A stretch of 64,000 nt of DNA, taken from NCBI GenBank assembly GCA_016193335.1, contig JACPSK010000005.1:13308-77307 (forward strand), written 5' to 3'. The DNA is from Candidatus Magasanikiibacteriota bacterium. Its GTDB lineage: Bacteria > Patescibacteriota > Patescibacteriia > Magasanikbacterales > UBA922. A program made the position numbers and the translations under genes. Positions 59,456 through 64,000 of this stretch are shown here, piece by piece; within the stretch, counting starts at the first letter, position 1, and the number at the start of each line of letters is the position of its first letter. The notes under the pieces are model-generated. The model was not told the DNA's origin. It ran no database searches and worked only from the letters and a program-made list of their open reading frames with translations.

Positions 59456-59779
59456 CTATAATGTCTCTATCTTAGCCGCCAAAATAAAATCATTTTCACT
59501 TAAGCCCCCTACGGCGTGAGTCCAAAGTTCAATAAACACTTTATTATAATGAATCGAAATATCTGGATGATGCGTCTCTTGTTCAGCAAGCGCGGCTACT
59601 TGATTTACAAATTCCATAGCTTCTTTAAAATCGGAAAACGAAAACTCATGGCTTATCTTCTTGCCTCCGGTTACTCTCCACTCCAATGAAAGACTCGGGA
59701 GGTAGGCCATGATCTCTCCCCCTTGTATCGGGGAACTGGTTCCTTCGCATGGCTTGCAATGTTTTTGTTTCAAGCTCAT
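59456..59779 (-). CDS. pterin-4-alpha-carbinolamine dehydratase
   Basis: C.PCEG, AE...HHPD, WTHAVGGLSENDFILAAKI. Confidence 0.92.
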   Translation of the reverse strand: MSLKQKHCKPCEGTSSPIQGGEIMAYLPSLSLEWRVTGGKKISHEFSFSDFKEAMEFVNQVAALAEQETHHPDISIHYNKVFIELWTHAVGGLSENDFILAAKIETL

Positions 59780-60003
59780 AACAAATATTCAGACTTAAGA
59801 TGGATACAAGCAATTTAGACTATAAACAACACAAAAAAATTAAATACAATCATACAATATCGGTGAATCACACACTCTCAAAGTTAACCAGTATATAAAT
59901 GGCAATTCTCGCCCGCGTCGAAAACAGTTCCTGCCAAGCCCAAAAAAAACTGAAAAAAATGACAACATTTTTCCTCTAAGACAGGGATACCACAAAGCTA
60001 AAC

Positions 60004-60089
60004 GAAAAAGCTACTGATTTTCTGACGCCAAGCAAAGGATCCGATGATAGATCAGAAAAAATTGGCGTTAGAAAATCAGTAGCTTTTTC
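60004..60089. repeat. palindromic element (28 bp arms, one mismatch)
   Basis: GAAAAAGCTACTGATTTTCTGACGCCAA ... TTGGCGTTAGAAAATCAGTAGCTTTTTC. Confidence 0.8.
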
Positions 60090-60127
60090 AGCGAAGCCGG
60101 GATCCTATTTCTACAGTCTATAACAAA

Positions 60128-63100
60128 CTACCAAAGGGTCCCATAATGACGATCCAAAAACTCGTCATTTTTATTCCAGATTCTAAGGAATTGGGGAGAC
60201 ATGAGACCTATGCTTTTTCTAAGCGACTGGGCAAAATCTTTCATGACAAAAGAGAAATGCTGCCACAAAACCGCGTCGGCGATGCGCCCGGAATCTGGCG
60301 AAGGAGCATAGCTCGTGGAGCCTCCGCAGGCGCTCGCGTTGAAATTGGCACAGGCCGAATCATTGGGATATGAACCCGGACATCCGGCGCTTTTACAGCT
60401 TTGGCAATCATAACACACAGAAGACATACCGTTCGTGCCAGGACTGCTACCGCAGTCCGCGGGACAGCTCGCGGTAGTTTCGCTGCTGCCACAACTACCG
60501 TCACCGCAGGACCCGGAGCTTGAACCTGAACAAGAATTATTCGAATCTTTCCAGCAATAGCCGTTGCACCAAGAGTATCCATGAGAAGTGCAGTCTGACG
60601 ATGAATAACAGTAGTTATAATTCGTTGCGCAGGTTCCGCTCGTTGATCCCCCGCAATCCGAAGGACAAGAACTATACGATTCAGAACTTTCGCAAGTGCC
60701 ATTACTGTTACAGGAATTCGAACCAGTTCCTCCTGATGAACAATCCGAAGGACAACTGGACGAAGTCTCAGTATTTTCACAAGTTCCATTGCTATTGCAT
60801 GAGCCTGAACTCGAATAACAGCTTACCGGACAGCCGGAATTGTCAAAATTACAACCATTCGGGCAAATACTGTAACTGCAAGTGTATGAATTCGTGTAAT
60901 TGTTGTACTGGGTAGATGGACAAGATGTGGTACTTGAAGATTTACAATCTTGCGGACAGGATCCGGTGCTTTCACCGGCCTCACAAGATCCATTGTAGTT
61001 GCAGGCAGTACTTGCAGTGCTGGGACATTTAGCTGCAGTGTAATTATCTTTGTTGAGATAACTCGGATAATTGTAATCACAGCGTTGTTCCGTATTGAGT
61101 TTGCAGTAGCGGGTTCCTTTGGAATCCCAACTGCTGTAGGCAAAGCCCGGGCAGGAGCTGGCGTCTCCGGGGTATTCTTTAGCTGAATTGCAATCGGCCG
61201 GACAAGAAGTGGCAGTTTCATTTGATCCGCACCACTTATCCCCACAAGTGCTTTGGGTATTGCTGACACAGCCGGTTGGACAGCCATTGGCATCCCATTG
61301 ACACCAGGTGCCTGTAGAGCTTCCTTTGCAAGCACTGCAAGAGCCGGAATTGGCGCAGGTGGTTCCATCTTTCACACAGCTGTCAGCGGTAGAATCATAG
61401 TGCCAACCGGTCATGCCTTGGCATTTGCCACTGGTGCCAGTGCCAGAAGTCCAACAGCCTACCGGACAACCGGAATTGTCAAAATTGCAGCCACTAGGAC
61501 AAGCCGTATAATTACAAGCGAAAGAACCGGACGCGCTATTGAATCCATTATTAGGACAGCTCGTGGCTGTCTTGCAGTCTGCCGGACAACTGGCAGGAGT
61601 CTCGCCGTCTTTGCATACGTTATCTCCGCAATTGGAAGTCACGGAGCCATTACAATCCGCGGGACAACTGTTGTTTGCTTTCTCGGTGCTAGAACATTGT
61701 TTATCTCCGCACACATCAGCGGCCGGAACGAAGCAGCGCCCATTTTCACACGTATAAGTGCTACCAAGTTTTTTACAATCATAGCCTTTCGGGTCATCAG
61801 ATCCGATCACCACTTTCGTGCCTTGGCATATATATTCCACTACAAGAGCCCCATTGCAATAATCGTCATAAGAACCGGTCTTATCCTTTGCCGTGCCCTT
61901 GACTTTATAATCTTTGGCGTCCGTATCAGAACAGGTTCCTGCCAAATCTCCGCAGTCCACCGGACAATTACTCTTGGTTTCGTCCACAGAGTTACAAATG
62001 CCGTCTCCGCAATACTTGCCATCCTTTGGCTTGCACTTTTCGGCGCAGCCATTGGCGGTAAAGACACAGCCATTTGGACAGAGCCCATAATTGCAATCAT
62101 ATTGTTTGTCAGAATACCCATTCGCCGTGTTGGGAACACAGGAAACCGGAGCAATTTTGCAATCCTGGGAGCAAGTTTCAGAAGTTTCTCCATTATCGCA
62201 AACACCATTGTAATTGCAGGTAGAACCGGTGGGGCTCGGACAATTGGCCGCGGTATAATTATCTTTGTTGAGATAACTCGGATAATTGTAATCACAGCGT
62301 TGTTCCGTATTGAGTTTGCAGTAGCGAGTTCCTTTGGAATCCCAACTGCTGTAGGCAAAGCCCGGGCAGGAGCTGGCGTCTCCGGGGTATTCTTTGCCAC
62401 AGTCGGCAGGACAGGAATCTTTGGTTTCAGAACTATTGCAAACGGCGTCGCCGCAGGTATCTTTTACACAACGCCCTGCTCCGGAATCCCAGTACGAAGG
62501 AGCTTCACAAGCAGGAAGCTTGCCCGAACAGTCTGGTATGCCGAAAATCTGCCAATTGGTATCATCGCCCGCCCCTGAAGGCCAACGCATCAAGGATTTC
62601 AGGACAGCGCGGCATTTTGCTTCAGCGGCTGCTATATGGTTGGTATATTCAGCGTCTGTACGATTCAAAATGTAAGACGTTTCAGATCCATCACTAAACT
62701 TCCACGTATAACTCTTCCATTTGGAGGTCTCCGGCTTAGTGTCATAAACCACCCCAAACTTGCTCTGACATTCGGCAGATATCCCTTTGCCGCTTCCAGG
62801 GCCGTACTGCTTGCAATATGAATATGCCTCGTCTTTTGTGTACACAGCATGTCCGTCTGAAAAAGTGTGGTAGACCGCCGGTTTCAGTTCATTGACAATA
62901 CAAGAACCGGATCGAGTACATGATTTTTCATCCACATAAAATTCTCTCCTGTATCCTTGTTTGCAAGAAGTATCTCCGAGAGGTGGGCATTGAAATTGTT
63001 CAATACAGGTATTGAGGCCGCAGGGATCCTTGGCAGGATCAGAAGGCAAGGGCTTCTCCCCGGGAGCGCAAACACGTGGCATAACCATGGGGCAAATCAA

Positions 63101-64000
63101 AGGTTTGCACTCGGCATATTCAACACAACCATCAACCCGTTTAAACGTGTCACGTGTCATGCCGGCTTGACAAGGTAAGGGCTTAGCCGGACAACGATCC
63201 TTAAAAGGAACGCAAGAGCCCGGGAGCCAGCAACCGTTTTGGTCTTGTGAAGGTTCACGATAATAGCCCACCGGACAGGCTTCCGGGTCGTAAGAGGGAC
63301 AAATTACTTTATTAACGGCTACACAGAGGGTTTTGATGTCATCCCAATACATGCCCTCGCCGCATCTTGTTCGCTCTTCTTGAATGCAACGACGGGATGA
63401 AAAATCAAAATAAAAACCCGGTTGGCAATCTACAAAATCCTTGGGCATACAATCTTGAATACGGCTGTTCCAGACCCAAGAAGCCGGACATATATGCCCC
63501 GCATCTTTATAACATTCTTTGGGGTACACCAACCTGCCCGTTGTCTTATCCAATACGCCTGAACAATTGTTTCTTGCGTCGGATTCACAGATGCCTCTTT
63601 CTTCATTCCATCGCAAACCTCCTGAACAAGATCTAAATCTTTCGGGTGGGCGGTAATACGGATCTTGCACGCAAGAATTGGCGGCTCCATCCCAATATTG
63701 TCCTTCCCCGCAATTTCCTATAAAGGTGTTGGAAGCCACGCAAGCGCGAACTGCCGGATCCCAATAATTCGGAGGTGAACAGACCGGATGTTCATCTTCC
63801 TGCGTGTACCATGAACAAGACGGCTCGCTTCGATGCTCGGCACAATAATTTTGACAGGCTTCTGGCGTATCGCATTTGCCAGCCAAAGGATTATCCCGTT
63901 TGAAACGCGTCTGTTCAGACTCTATCCTGTTTCGTTCTCTGCGCAAGTCATCCGCCAGTCGTTCTTTTTGATGACGCAAATCCTGATCCAAAAATTGAGT
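60128..64000 (-). CDS. very large Cys-rich repetitive protein, probably extracellular; 5' end lies beyond the window
   Basis: >1287 aa open frame with many CGD..C...ET..SCP.DC and C..G.YWD....C repeats and a 140 bp internal duplication. Confidence 0.85.
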   Translation of the reverse strand, partial: TQFLDQDLRHQKERLADDLRRERNRIESEQTRFKRDNPLAGKCDTPEACQNYCAEHRSEPSCSWYTQEDEHPVCSPPNYWDPAVRACVASNTFIGNCGEGQYWDGAANSCVQDPYYRPPERFRSCSGGLRWNEERGICESDARNNCSGVLDKTTGRLVYPKECYKDAGHICPASWVWNSRIQDCMPKDFVDCQPGFYFDFSSRRCIQEERTRCGEGMYWDDIKTLCVAVNKVICPSYDPEACPVGYYREPSQDQNGCWLPGSCVPFKDRCPAKPLPCQAGMTRDTFKRVDGCVEYAECKPLICPMVMPRVCAPGEKPLPSDPAKDPCGLNTCIEQFQCPPLGDTSCKQGYRREFYVDEKSCTRSGSCIVNELKPAVYHTFSDGHAVYTKDEAYSYCKQYGPGSGKGISAECQSKFGVVYDTKPETSKWKSYTWKFSDGSETSYILNRTDAEYTNHIAAAEAKCRAVLKSLMRWPSGAGDDTNWQIFGIPDCSGKLPACEAPSYWDSGAGRCVKDTCGDAVCNSSETKDSCPADCGKEYPGDASSCPGFAYSSWDSKGTRYCKLNTEQRCDYNYPSYLNKDNYTAANCPSPTGSTCNYNGVCDNGETSETCSQDCKIAPVSCVPNTANGYSDKQYDCNYGLCPNGCVFTANGCAEKCKPKDGKYCGDGICNSVDETKSNCPVDCGDLAGTCSDTDAKDYKVKGTAKDKTGSYDDYCNGALVVEYICQGTKVVIGSDDPKGYDCKKLGSTYTCENGRCFVPAADVCGDKQCSSTEKANNSCPADCNGSVTSNCGDNVCKDGETPASCPADCKTATSCPNNGFNSASGSFACNYTACPSGCNFDNSGCPVGCWTSGTGTSGKCQGMTGWHYDSTADSCVKDGTTCANSGSCSACKGSSTGTWCQWDANGCPTGCVSNTQSTCGDKWCGSNETATSCPADCNSAKEYPGDASSCPGFAYSSWDSKGTRYCKLNTEQRCDYNYPSYLNKDNYTAAKCPSTASTACNYNGSCEAGESTGSCPQDCKSSSTTSCPSTQYNNYTNSYTCSYSICPNGCNFDNSGCPVSCYSSSGSCNSNGTCENTETSSSCPSDCSSGGTGSNSCNSNGTCESSESYSSCPSDCGGSTSGTCATNYNYCYSSSDCTSHGYSWCNGYCWKDSNNSCSGSSSGSCGDGSCGSSETTASCPADCGSSPGTNGMSSVCYDCQSCKSAGCPGSYPNDSACANFNASACGGSTSYAPSPDSGRIADAVLWQHFSFVMKDFAQSLRKSIGLMSPQFLRIWNKNDEFLDRHYGTLW

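Noticed and set aside
61041-62395. Template/variable repeat pair of a diversity-generating retroelement
   Set aside because: Only one mismatch, both copies are in frame within one gene, and no reverse transcriptase is in the window
61253-62578. 441 aa plus-strand ORF and other long antisense ORFs
   Set aside because: Shadow frames of real minus-strand genes with no recognisable motifs

Overview
Chromosomal window from a small-genome bacterium using genetic code 11. Gene content and style (no biosynthetic pathways, PIF1-type helicase, LGAGC-type lipoproteins, giant Cys-rich protein, many orphans) suggest Patescibacteria/CPR, possibly Magasanikbacteria-like; this assignment is inference. Most genes lie on the minus strand. 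Housekeeping genes include rpmB, trhO, ndk, uvrD/pcrA, tgt, queA, mltG, prfB, groES/groEL, yidC, nusA, a MacAB-type ABC set, msrA/msrB, yhhQ, arfB and creD. The most striking structure is a ~6.9 kb island inserted at the 3' CACCA of tRNA-Val(CAC), between it and tRNA-Ala(CGC). It encodes a large serine recombinase whose C-terminus is swapped by integration. It also holds a complete, slightly diverged, inverted internal copy of its own attP-like junction that keeps the alternative C-terminus with only synonymous changes, so the recombinase and the cargo each lie between inverted repeats. The cargo is a decaying HaeII-like restriction-modification locus plus a LexA-like/membrane regulator paired with a proteasome-like Ntn hydrolase. 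Other observations: candidate stand-alone structured RNAs, unannotated Cys-rich/zinc-finger micro-ORFs, a shared N-terminal motif on three dispersed putative surface proteins, a membrane-anchored half-Clp ATPase, a Tgt lacking its zinc cysteines, a symmetric CIRCE variant and several families of palindromic intergenic elements. All calls were made by eye, with no searches run.
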